A stretch of DNA of 49,472 nucleotides, counting the filler, from Bipalium vagum (taxonomy: Eukaryota): the NCBI GenBank assembly GCA_037834085.1. It is 3 parts of 3 records of this genome, joined end to end, with 100 filler letters (N's around TTAATTAATTAA, not from the genome) between each part and the next. Parts side by side here need not be neighbours in the genome. Positions count along the whole stretch, not along the records: positions 16,055 to 32,055 come from JBBMKC010133155.1; positions 32,156 to 49,472 come from JBBMKC010071592.1; 1 more part is not named here. One strand, written 5' to 3'. A model generated the notes under the pieces. The model did not search any database and was not told the DNA's origin. It worked only from the letters and a program-made list of their open reading frames with translations. Made by a program: the position numbers and the translations under genes. This document shows, piece by piece, positions 27,186-39,196 of the stretch (position 1 is its first letter; each line of letters opens with the position of its first letter).

Positions 27186-27524
27186 ATATCCGTCAATGAT
27201 CGAGACAACGAGGTGGTAAATGGCTTAATCAAATGTTATGAACCAGATCACCTGAAAGCCAAACAGATTGCGTCCTTCTTGCCGATTGGCAATAATCAAT
27301 ACAAAATTCGGCTCAACACGAGATTGGACAGAGATATCAAGGATGGGGACTTCCAGCATGCGTTTTTTATTTGCGAAGACAATGGGGTGCACTTGAAGTT
27401 GACGTCGACCTTCACCCTTACGATCCAAGTCTTGGATCGAAATGATAACCCCCCTCTCTTCTCCTCTCTTCCGACCAATATAACGGTGAAGGAAAATTGT
27501 CCCATCAATAAAGTTCTCTATCAG
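27186..27524 (+). CDS. Protocadherin-like cadherin, internal coding exon (EC4-like repeat into start of next repeat)
   Basis: ISVNDRD..VNGLIKC...YKIRLNTRLDRD...CEDNG..LTSTFTLTIQVLDRNDNPPLF...ITVKEN. Shows the DxD, LDRE-like, DxNDNxPxF and xEN motifs. Acceptor ttccctttttcag ends at 27185; donor CAG|gtgata; phase 0-0. Confidence 0.9.
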
Positions 27525-27980
27525 GTGATATTTAATGATCTCGATTTTTACCGTAAATGATTTCATTTCATAATCTTTATCATCTCTAAATGATCCAACA
27601 TTGTCATTGTCTGTGGTCAGACATGTTAAAGATTGAAATGAGCCAAAAAGTAAAGTGAATCCTTCATTCCTCACAACAACTTTGCGATCATATCCATAAT
27701 AACATTTTTCTTTACATTCAAATGAACCCCAAAATGTCTTAATGTCATTATTCAACATTTGAAGTTTCAGAGACCAAAGGAACTTTTAGAAACAGTATTA
27801 TTGTTTTCTCTTATCACTTAAGACTGTGGTGACTTTAGAGCTTTCTTACTCAATGACCCCTATTTTTACAAGTATATCAATATTTAAAACTAACTTTCAA
27901 GTTTAAATGTGCAGTTCTCGTAAAATTCCGTTCACTCCCTATAAGACATGTAACTATTTAATAAGCAAGCATTTAGTTTT

Positions 27981-28125
27981 AATATTTAGTGGGATATCAT
28001 TTTGATGTTTTGACAGATTGCAATCTTTTTGTCATGTAGGATACGATCTTCTTGCATAGATATGATGGAAATTTGTGCCATTCATCTTGAACCGCCTTCC
28101 ATAATCCTTCAACAGGGTTGTGTGC
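27981..28125 (-). mobile_element. Tc1 transposase C-terminal remnant (intronic)
   Basis: VEGLWKAVQDEWHKFPSYLCKKIVSYMTKRLQSVKTSK*YPTKY*. Confidence 0.75.
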
Positions 28126-30155
28126 CATTGTTGAAACTTTTTTCATTCATTCTGAAATTACAAATATTATAAAAAAATTTAAACAAGGAAATTATCGTCA
28201 AAAAATCGGATATTATTTAATCGATTTCGGATTGATAATTATTTGAATAATGAATTTTCACTTGAATTTATTGGTTGAAAATAATGCAGATCCTATTACA
28301 CAATCTAAAAATAACTTTTCCTCATTTCAATTAGCTTGCCCATTTTCGTTGCTAATATTTATTGATCTACAAAATCAATAAATTATTTAGATAATACGAC
28401 ATGCTAAGATTTTAATTTATAAATTCAAAAGTTATCACAGTTTGTAATCGACCACTTTTCATCATGGACAGTCTTTAACAGATTGTCTACCTCTTTCCTT
28501 TAAAAATTAAAATAGAAACGGATGTTCTCATGTTCGAAATCAAGTTTAACCAAAAAGACTAGTTAGATAGTTTTTAAAAGAAGCACTGTCGTAAAACATC
28601 TTAGGTGGAATTCCATTCCTCTATCCCTCTTGAAGATCAGGGGTTAACTAAAAGAAAATGTTCTCAATCAACCAAACAAGGCAAAGTTGTTTCGCTGTCT
28701 TTTCTAGATTAAGCTGAGTAATATTTCAACCTGGAAAAGAAGCCAAGACTTCGACAGAAGAATAGGAATCGATGATCTGGTGACATTAACGACACATTGA
28801 CTTCTCGACACAAAACATTTTCACCAGTGAGCTTTCACAGTCTTATGTTGACTCTTCAGATTTCAATCCCTTTTCAAACCATAAAGAAGCAATGAGGGTA
28901 TTTCGCTTTAAAAGGGCATTTGAGCAATGAAGTATTTTTTCCGAAGAAAATGTTGAGGCCTTCGAAACAGTTGTTTTAATTCTGTAAACAGATAAACGAA
29001 AGATATTTCTCCCCGTAGCTCGGGATTTGCAAAGGAAGAAAAGATAAAAGAAGTATTACTAAAATCGATCAGTTCAGAGGGTTAAGTGATGCTTTTGAAA
29101 AAGCCTTCATTAAATTTCTTTTTATTTTTGTTAAGGAGAAAGCGTTCAGCTCAGGGAAAAGGATCATATTCAGTTTTGCTAAAGAAATTCGAGAAGGGCT
29201 GAGAGAGAACTAATTGACTTTTGTCTTCCTCCATGTTGCCTGAAAATAATTTATTTCCCTTTTTTTATATTTCACTGTCAGAGGGATCATTTTCAGTGGA
29301 GAATTAGAGAAATGGGTTTTTCCTCTCATATTATTCCATCTCTCGACTTCTTATTGACATCCTTTTACGAAAGCATTTTAAAGAAAAACGAGGGAGACTA
29401 ATCCAAAATCTTTTCTTCTTATTCCTCCACCATTCTCAGTCAGAGATTAAGAGATTGTACAGCACAAAAACATACGTGAAAGACTGAATGTTGATGAGCA
29501 AAACGACCGAGAGCAACGCAGGACTAAAGTGAAAGTGATTTACAAAGAGATATGATATGGAAATCCACCCCTCCGTCTTTTTTGTATTTATTCTTTTAAT
29601 AATTAAACAGACACGTTTTCAATTGCAACAGCGAAACAACGGAAAATGGAAAATAAAAGTTCGCTGGACAAAAAAATATTCTCTGAATATTTCTTTCTCC
29701 TGGAGAAAAAATAAAATAAAATAATATAGTAATAATTGAAATTCCGTTTTCCATTGGAAAGGGAAAGTCTTTAAATTTGCAAAAGATAAAATTTTATTTC
29801 TACGAGAAATTTTAATCTTTTTTCAAAAGAGAAAGAAATTTTTCATGAAAAAGAAATTACTTTATTTACTTTTTTCGAGAAAGGAATAAATAAATAACCA
29901 AATGGAATTATTTTCGATTTAAACAAATAATTTCAAAAAATAATTGAAGGAAATCAAATTTTCTTTTTAATATTGAAAAAAGGTTTCGTAATTATGGTGA
30001 TGATTACTTTCTTTTGATTGGTCACCAAGTGCATCTTATATCACAGGAGGTGTACCTGAGGAAAATGACGATGTAATAATTGATATTTCCATTTATTAAA
30101 ATAAATTGTTTTAATGTTCGAATATATTTCTTCATATAAATAATATTTTTATTGA

Positions 30156-31023
30156 TTAGGTTGCTACTTTTTTTAAAATAATTTTTAGCTGTCGAGAATA
30201 AGTGAGAAAGAGGCTTTGTGCAATCTTGTATTAATCAAAATAAGCTCAATTAACAGACGTCTGCCAGCGCTTTGTCAGTTTATGTGTTCCAGATTTGAAG
30301 AAATTTTGGCTTTTGGAATCAAAGATTTTTTCCAGATCTTCCTGATTAGTAAAAACTTATACCGGTAGGAATTGAACGAAAAACTTGAATCAGTTGAAAC
30401 CATTTGGAGCTAAATCAGTGAATACATTGGATAACGAGGTTCGTAAATCATATTTGAAAGATTCCGAGGTTTTCACTGAGACATGAGTTCTGGCGTTATC
30501 ATGCACCAGAATACATATGTTAGCCAATCATCCTCAAGCTTTGACTGCATTTTTTGTAACCGCAGTAAGAATCCGAATTCATTGTTTCACCTGGTGTCAA
30601 GTGGAAATAATCAATAATACCGTGAACACCTCACCAAACTGATATCGAGACTTTTTTTATGGATAAAAGGATTTGGAACAAATTTTGACGGCTTGATTTG
30701 CCAGATCTGACTTTTGCGAAGCAGTGTTGAATCGACTGAATAAAAATTGCATCATCTCTTAACACTTTTGAGGCTTCGATCTTGCTGTCACTGTATTATT
30801 TCCATAAAGGTGCTCGTAATAAATAATATTCATCATTTCATAATTTGCGATTTTACACAAAAATTTAAATATGACGAGCTAAAATTCGAATTTTGCAATC
30901 AATAATATTATTAAAACAAATAAAATGTTACCTTGTAAATATTTTATTTACTATTTTTTATGAAAGATCTCATTTCTTTAAAAATGCAATTAAAAAATGC
31001 CCATTTCATAAGCACCAACCTAA
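30156..31023 (-). mobile_element. Internally deleted mariner (intronic)
   Basis: Ends TTAGGTTG... and ...AGCACCAACCTAA|TA. Minus strand HDNARTHVS, DLAP and KLTKRWQ remnants. Confidence 0.85.
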
Positions 31024-31073
31024 TAATGATAATTTTTAAAAAATAAAATAAATAATAGTAATATTTTCTCTAG

Positions 31074-31229
31074 TTTAAAGCTTCCGACAAAGACAAGGGC
31101 CATAACGGAGAAATAGAATATGGAATCGTGGAGAATTCTACATCTCAAAAGTGCTTCATCATTAACAAAATGAATGGAAATCTTTACTCTTTGAACAAAT
31201 TGGATCGAGAAACAAAAGAATTATATCAT
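31074..31229 (+). CDS. Protocadherin-like cadherin, next coding exon (EC5-like, partial)
   Basis: Acceptor ttttctctag, then FKASDKDKGHNGEIEYGIVENSTSQKCFIINKMNGNLYSLNKLDRETKELYH, then donor gtaata. Continues ...KVLYQ of the previous exon in frame and has AxDxDxGxNG and LDRE motifs. Absent from the ORF track. Confidence 0.92.
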
Positions 31230-31982
31230 GTAATATTAATAATAATCATAATAGTTTATAATGTTAATAATATTTATAAAAAATGAATAATTTTTTAATA
31301 TTCTGATATTAACAAATCACCTAGTTATCCGACTCCACATGTAAAAGTTCAATTAGAAAGACAAAAAGCAGATTCGAAAGTCTGAAACTTTTATTAAATA
31401 GATAAACAAAACATCAACGACAATCAAATCAAAAATTGTTTCAAGTTATACCACCAAATATCAACTTCTTCGAATGTATGACAACTCTCTGCACTCAAGT
31501 ATCACAATGTTCTACACATAGGTTCGATTACCACTCAACCCTCTTAAACAAATAACCGATGCCAATAATAAGAAGTATAATGACACCAAAATCAAATTTA
31601 AAGGAAATTAAGTAACAAAAGGAAAAGAAAATGTTACGAAAATTATTTTAATTTTAAAACAAAAGCAGATCAAAATTTTGTTAATTTAAGCCGATCTCGG
31701 TTCAAGTTCCACGAAATTCGCTCCAGTTTACGGCGAATCAATCCTCTAAATTTCAAAGGAACAAGAATATGTCTCTTGTATCAGATGACCAAAACACTTA
31801 CCTCAGTTAAACGGTCAAATAAATTACAACTATTATTAGTATCATTATCTATCTTTCAGAGCAAATCTTAATTGGATTATTATTGGATAATTGAAAAAAT
31901 TATTAATGAAATAAAATATAGAATAATTGATGATAATGATGATTCGGTGGATTATAAATCATAAGAAATAATGTATATTAAC

Positions 31983-31986
<4 letters not shown>

Positions 31987-32055
<69 letters not shown>
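31987..32055. repeat. (AAT)n microsatellite at contig edge
   Basis: Read directly from the sequence. Confidence 0.95.
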
Positions 32056-32155
32056 NNNNNNNNNNNNNNNNNNNNNNNNNNNNNNNNNNNNNNNNNNNNT
32101 TAATTAATTAANNNNNNNNNNNNNNNNNNNNNNNNNNNNNNNNNNNNNNNNNNNN
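32056..32155. other. Artificial 100-bp scaffold spacer
   Basis: 44 N + TTAATTAATTAA + 44 N, identical in design to 15955-16054. Confidence 0.92.
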
Positions 32156-33490
32156 TATATATATATATTTCACTTTTCAGAAATATTTCAAACGCGCTGT
32201 TTTTTTGAAACACCCTATACTTATCATTTGTAAAATATATCATCAGTTATACATGAAATTCTTTATATGAAATTTTTACGTGTTTTTTTGAGTAAATAAA
32301 TAAATTATTTTGTAAAGATAGTCCTTGATTAATAAGTCATAAGCAATAATAAAATAACAAAAACGCTCCTTGTAAATAATTAAAAAATAAATTTAATAAT
32401 GGAAACATAAAATATTATTATCAAACAAGTCTAATAGTGTTTTGGTAGACTAAATAAATAAATTATTATTAAACAGATATTTGAGTTTTAAATACGACCT
32501 AACATGTAATTACTATAAGTAGAAATATGGATAAATATTATAAAAATATTATATTATTTAAAAAGATTATAAAACATGAAAATTTTTGCAAATATAAATG
32601 GTAAATAAATCATAAAATAATTAGAAGATAAGCAATAATATTTTTTTCATTATTTTTTTTACGAAATACTTGTTAAAAAAAAAGATTTGGCACAAAAATA
32701 ATAACTACAGAAGTTTATACTGTAAGCTTGTACCTAAGCAATCACAAAAGTCATATAAAAATGATAATAAGGATAACAAAAAATAAACTCAGATATGGAG
32801 TCTAACAATTTCTAAGTAAAACAGATAAAACAGCTGTTTACGCACGTATCCAGAATTTATATTTATTTATAAATAATTATTTTTTATTATCATTAGCAGT
32901 GATATTATCTTGGCTATAATTTTATTAATTGAATTTGTTTAATTAGTACTAGCAATACAAAGTTTTATTCATTATCAATCATAATAACTGCTCTCAATAT
33001 CATTAAAACAATAATGTACAAAATATCATCATAATTCTATTAATTTTATAACATTGGTGCCAACATTAATGATTGTCAAAAAATCAATCGATCATTTTAA
33101 TCATTTATTTTATTATTGAACAGTGGCTTAAATAATATTTTAAAAATACATACTAGAACTCAGAATCCTAGAGTCATTTTAAGGTCTTTGTTCGTTTGCT
33201 CCTTTCCGAATGATGTTTAAAATTTTTTCTCAATTTACATAATAAACCGAATTTTTTGAGGACCTCTGAGCATAAGTGCCAGAGGATTTATTTTCAAATT
33301 AAAAGGATTTAAAATTATTTTTTTTGTTTTCTTAAATTAAAGTATCCAGAAAATTATTTAACAATATGTTAATAAATAGTTGAATTGTAAAATAATAAAG
33401 TTAAAAAGTTTATAATCCAAAAATTATTTCTTTAAATATTTATAAATATATATAAACTATATAAATATATAAAAAATATATATAAACAGA

Positions 33491-33815
33491 CTTTTTATCA
33501 CCTCAAAAAACAGAATTATTCAGTCATCCACCATATAGTCTCGATCTAAGTCCAAACTACTTTTTCACATTTCCAATCATCAAGAATAAACTTTGTGGCC
33601 AACGCCTTAAGTCACCGGAAGATGCAATCGACATGTTCGACATGGACATTTTTGGTGTTACAACTGATGAGTGGAATAACTGCTTTCACAATTGGTTTTA
33701 ATTAATGGAAAAGTGTATACAACTTTGTGGAGAATATTTTGAAAAGCAATAAAACATTTTCAGTCTTTTTGTTTTATTTTCATGTTTCTATGCAAAACCT
33801 AAAAGACAATCCTCG
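33491..33815 (+). mobile_element. Mariner 3' end fragment with right TIR
   Basis: ELFSHPPYSLDLSPNYFFTFPIIKNKLCGQRLKSPEDAI...EWNNCFHNWF*LMEKCIQLCGEYFEKQ*; ends ...AATCCTCG|TA. Confidence 0.9.
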
Positions 33816-35588
33816 TAAATAATAATATTCATTAATGAAATAGTGATTTTCTTCTAAGAATAAATTTAGCTAATATTATCTTAATACCACCTTAATTGTT
33901 TTACTTTTGTTTATGATGGAGACATCTTCAAGTGTTCTTGGATCATCCTATTTTCCAGCTGTTAATTTATAAAATTTAAAATGTAAATGTTTTTTCGAAA
34001 CAAAAATCTCTACTAGAGGCGGTAGAATATTTCTGGAAATCAGTTCAGCTAATAATATCACTAAGAGCGGAAAAGATCTTAATCCCGGAATCCGTCTGAC
34101 ATCGAATTTGATTTTTGTTTTAATTTTGCATCCTCAACAATGAAGAAATTTGTTCTCCATCGGAAAATGAGACTAAAATATTTTTGATATAAAAATGAAA
34201 AATTAAAAATATTTTTATATTAAAAATAAGATAGAAAAATATGATTCTGCTAAAAATATTAAAACACATTTATAGATTTATTTTAAAATAATCAATGTCG
34301 AAGAAATGTTTTAATTTTCTTAGAATAATCAATATTTTTTTTATAAAAAAAATTAATAATTTTGAGAGAAATTTAATTGTAAAAATTTTGTTGTTGAGAT
34401 ATAATTTTACGTTAACGGGTTGGTATTCAATTGATAATTAATATGTGAAATCATTCCTAATTGATCAAGATAAAATAACATCTTTTGTTAATCGGTTAAA
34501 TTATTTATTAAATTGAGGCAATTACGAGAGAAGGAATGTTAAATAATTTAATTCGATGCATTTAATTGAGATTTACTATAAAAGGAAAAGGCAAATAAAC
34601 ATGACTCGGAAAAGTTCCTAACAAATTTTCCTTTGAATCTTTTGATAACAATTTTACATAAAATACTCTTGTGAAGGACTTAAAAAATACTGAAGAAAAT
34701 ATTTTTAAAATATCAAAACCATCATCAGAAGTTTCTCCATAAATTAATAACTTTTATCTTCGAATTTATATAACTTCTTTCAATATATAAATAAATAAAA
34801 TAAATAAAAATATAAATAAAATAATAGAAAAAATGAAAAATAATGACATAAATAATTAAAGTTAACAGACAAGTGCTATTCTAACAGCTTTATAAGGGAG
34901 AAGAAAGGAAGAATGAAATTGAAATTTGTAAGGATCGTGGTCTATACGAATTTTTATATATCCTTTGAATAATTAATCTTTTATCTCAATTTTCTTCTTG
35001 ATTCGGATTCAAGAAATATGAAAATTTTCATCTTTCTATTTTCATTTGTTAAACGGGTTTATTAATAATTGAAAATCATCTTGTTTTTAACAATTTATTT
35101 TTTCGTCTTTTTCATCTTCTCACTAATTACTTTTATCATTTTTCTTTCTTTCTCTCGTAACGCGTTATTATTATTCTAACTTAAACGGACACGTTTACAA
35201 AAAAAGCTTAAGTTAAATAACTTATTTTACAATATTTCTTCTCCACGAAAGTTTCATATATTTTCTAAATTGTCATTTATCTCCATTTTATTATTTCTAT
35301 TAGATTCTGGGAAATATATTTCGATAATTTCGCCGTCTCTGAGCTCACAGAAATTTCATTATTTTTCATATCATCTCGAATATGACAAATATCGTCAGAT
35401 CCTTATTATTTGTTACTTCAATTTTATTTGATATTTTTACTATGTTCCGCTGAGTTCAAATAAACGATTATATTAAAAACCAGTCCCGTTTTTTAAACTG
35501 TATTGCAAAAATGCCTGAATATTTATAATAATAATAAATAAATAAAATATTTATAAATGAAAAAATAAATAAAATAAATAATAAATAA

Positions 35589-35649
35589 AACTCTTGAATT
35601 TCAATTCATTTTGTTTTACTTAACTGTTTTCTTTTTAGCCGCAGTCAGA
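35589..35649. repeat. Direct repeat copy A (61-bp core) flanking the 28S fragment
   Basis: Matches 36162-36222 at 58 of 61 positions. Looser homology extends left to about 35461. Confidence 0.9.
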
Positions 35650-36073
35650 TGGGGATGAAGTTCAAAAACCCACAGTTTAAGCCAATCGAATTCGTACGCT
35701 TCCCCTACCATAAAGTAAGGCGTACAAACGATTTAATGAAAAAACACAAATTATATAAAAGGATTTAACATCCACACTATTTTCATAGCGAGGTTCGAGT
35801 TCAAATATATGACTAAGCTACATTCACTGTATAAACAATGTATAATAATGTTGTCTCTTTGCGAGGTTGGCACGAATTATCATTACTTCTAGGTGAGAAT
35901 CGGATTTAAAGGCTTTCAGTCTTAATCTCTTGATGTAGCTCGAGTCACTGACTTTTGGACCAAGCACATGTAGCGGTGAACCGAATCTATGGTTCCTCTC
36001 ATACTAGACGGAATTACCATTGTAATGACACTTTATATAGTATGGTAAAACTAACCTGTCTCAAGACGGTTTA
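35640..36073 (-). pseudogene. Diverged fragment of the 3' end of 28S (LSU) rRNA
   Basis: Minus strand reads ACCGTCTTGAGACAGGTTAGTTTTACC (canonical ACCGTCGTGAGACAGGTTAGTTTTACC), the sarcin-ricin loop AGTATGAGAGGAACC (canonical AGTACGAGAGGAACC), then ATGTGCTTGG, GAGCTAC and GATTAAGACTGAAAGCCTTTAA, all in rRNA order. Strong over 35895-36073, weaker toward 35640. Confidence 0.85.
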
Positions 36074-36161
36074 CGCAACACATAAATGATTATATAAAAA
36101 TAACAGTCTCGTTTTTAAATCGTTAAAAAAAATTGCCTCGCGAATATATAAAATATCTATT

Positions 36162-36222
36162 AACTCGTGAATTTCAATTCACTTTGTTTTACTTAACTGT
36201 TTTCTTTTTAGCCACAGTCAGA
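36162..36222. repeat. Direct repeat copy B (61-bp core) flanking the 28S fragment
   Basis: See copy A. Looser homology extends left to about 36083. Confidence 0.9.
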
Positions 36223-36720
36223 GGTAATGCAGTTGTAGAGACTGAATTATTGTCATGACCAAATTGATTTTGTAGCACGACTATCATTTCCTTCTTCTTT
36301 AAAGTCTGAAAAAGATGTTATATGGAAAAAATAATCAAACAATTTCGATTGAAATAATAAATATTTTTCTACATTGATGGTTTTTGTGGTATTTTAAGAT
36401 GATGACATCTATACGATATAATCTTTTTTTGATAAACGCGTTGCCCGTTTGATTTCTGAAAGTATGACAAAATGTCCATTTTTTTGGACTTAAAAAAAAC
36501 TCCAAAGTACCGATTTTCCAAAACGATTCATTTGACTGAAACAGAACAGATATTGAAACTGTTTCATGAATAAGTTTACTTGTTTTATTTTTATTTATTA
36601 TGAAAATAAAAAAAGAAATGTTCATATCGATTTCCTAATTAGACATTAAGACTTGTTATTTGAAAAGAAATAACATTTTAAAGATTTTCTCCCATATTAT
36701 CCTTTTTGATCTTATATGTA

Positions 36721-37275
36721 TTGTCCAGTATGAAATGTTATATTTGTATCTAAACAATAAATAATAATTGTACATCTTGTTTACTTATACAAAATTAAAA
36801 CAGGAATTTCAGAGATTGTATACATTGTATAGGTAAGCATACTAATTTAAAATAAAGTTTTATTTTTCATTCGTTTCTACGCATGTTAGATCAACAAATT
36901 GAAGTTTAAACTCAAATACAATGCATCACGGGCAACCGTAAACAACAATGCTGAATAGAATGAAGACATCAGTAATACACGGACCTCACGACAGTGATTC
37001 AATAAATTTCGCAATTCTGACATGAGGTTGGTGAATGAAGAATGTGGAAGACAGGTTTGTTGCTTAAGTAAAGGTAAATTGAATGCAATTGTTGAACGAA
37101 ATATTTGCCTAACAGCGAGAGAGTTTGCCAAGGATCTCAATGTGTTAATATACACAATTTCTGTTCACCTCATGAAACCTGGTAATATCAAAAAGTTCAT
37201 TGAGTCCACATGATTAGATTAGAAATTTGTTCTTCCTTATTACCTGGAATCAATTTGATCCACATTATCTCACAT
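36721..37275 (+). mobile_element. Degenerate mariner (cecropia-like), 5' part
   Basis: FKLKYNASRATVNNN...RT...*FNKFRNSDMRLVNEECGR...KLNAIVERNICLTAREFAKDLNV...TISVHL...GNIKK, the mariner N-terminal HTH region. Confidence 0.8.
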
Positions 37276-39152
37276 TATGACATTGTCAAATATATAAAAT
37301 ATATAATCAAACATGCAATCAGAAATATTTCGAAAATTTTTTATCATTTTTATTAATATATATCAGGATATATATCAATATATCAATAAAAAGAGAATTT
37401 TTGTTTTTTCAAATTACGATTCATTCGAACACTACTCTGGTGTAAAAAATAAATATAAAATAATTAAAAATATATTTGAAATCAAAAGGCTAAAATATTT
37501 TTTCGAAAATTTTTCTAATGCATCTTGCAACTGGGTTACTGCCAAATTATTAATTTTAAGAATCAGCTGTCATCTTCCTTGAGAATAATTAGAAAAAAAA
37601 TAATTAACCAATTTTCTCTTATGATAGTAAAGTAATTCAATTTAAAAATCCAAAACACGACTTCAGATTCAGTTTAAACAAACAACGAATGAAATAATTG
37701 TGTATTGAAAGATTATTTATTTATTTATTTAATACAAACGCATTTTAAATTAATTTCATTGATAAATTTTGTTTGTTACGTTGCGAAATTAAAAAGAAAT
37801 ATTGAACTAAAAATATTTTAATGTATTAAATACTTTAAATATTTTGATTGTTAATTTTTGATTGTTTAAATAATTATAATTATTCTCTGCTGATTTTGAT
37901 CCAAAAAAATTAATATGGCAAAAAATTCTTTTCTTTCATAATTTCAGTGTCTACTGATTTTGTGTTATGCAGTCTTAATTTTTTGGATAATTTAATAATT
38001 ATTGAGATTTTTGTAAATGCAATTCAATACATATTCGTACAATTAAAACAAATATTATATTGTTCACAAAATATAACATTTAGATAATTGTCTGAGAAGA
38101 AAGAATTCGTTATTAATGCCAAGAAATAATTATTACAATAATGAAGACGGTCTGTGTTAGAAATGAAATGTAATCTTAGAGAATTTTTGAGAATTTCTTT
38201 TCAGCTAATATCAATTTAAACATAAATGAATATTTAATGATGGTCAATTTTTAATTCATTTTTTTTAATATCTTTAAAGAGAAGAGCAAGCGAATTATCA
38301 AGCTCTGAGATTATCTAGAGAAGGGATAGAAGAGATAAGTTATCTTTGAGAGATGAAAATACCATTTTAAATTTGTGCCAATCAACGAATTTTATAATAG
38401 CTCAACAATTATAAATCAATGATATAAAATTATGATTTATATTTATTAACAGTTATCAAATTATTGATATTGAGTTGGTCAACTATGATGGCTAGTTTCC
38501 GATCAATTCCCTAAGGTTGTCCTTGTGGAGTCTTAGGTCATATAGTCTTGAAATGTTGATCAATCTTTCATCATTATCACCAGATGCCTGTTGATCACAT
38601 CAATTTCAGCCAAAAAATATCTCGATATTAATTGTCTATGGTTGAATAATAACTGAAAAAATCAATACATTTTCCCATTATAAATATAAACATAAATTAT
38701 AATAAAATTATAAATTATAATCACAATGGAAAATTTTGTATATTTTAATAATTCTTATTCATAAAATATTGTTAAGAATGAACCAGGATGGAATTTTAAA
38801 AATTATATTAAATAAATAAATAACACGACAAAAGAACAAAAAACTCTTAATTACAAATTTAAAGGATTCTAATTATTTTTATTCTAATTAAATAATTAAA
38901 TCGTCGAATTTTAAGACAGACATTTAATTTTAAGGTATTAAATAACTGTAGTGATGTAATTGGGACGATGATGATGAATATTTTTGATATTGTTTTAATT
39001 ATGTTTCATCAAGTTCTTTTCATAGTATTAGGAGGATAAATTAATTTAGAGTTTTTATACAACTGTTAACATTTATATTTTGACAAAGAGCTACATTAAA
39101 ATCAGTCAAAGCATTTTCCATGGTTAAAAAGAAGTTCTACCCATAAATCTGG

Positions 39153-39196
39153 CAATATCGACGTTTCGAGACGACTATGGAGCATCATCAGCATTG
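39153..39196 (-). ncRNA. Degenerate minimal type-I hammerhead ribozyme-like motif (Penelope-type)
   Basis: Minus strand caatg-CTGATGA-tgctccatagtcgtctc-GAAA-cGTC-gatattg. The core boxes and GAAACGTC are intact; stems I and II are imperfect. Confidence 0.35.

Noticed and set aside
27225-27758. 177-aa minus-strand ORF (and 27296-27508)
   Set aside because: Antisense shadow of the cadherin exon; no convincing domain of its own.
28815-28866. Second hammerhead-like core on the minus strand (CTGAAGA-gtc..gac-tgt-GAAAGCTC)
   Set aside because: Three extra nucleotides before GAAA and no stem I pairing.
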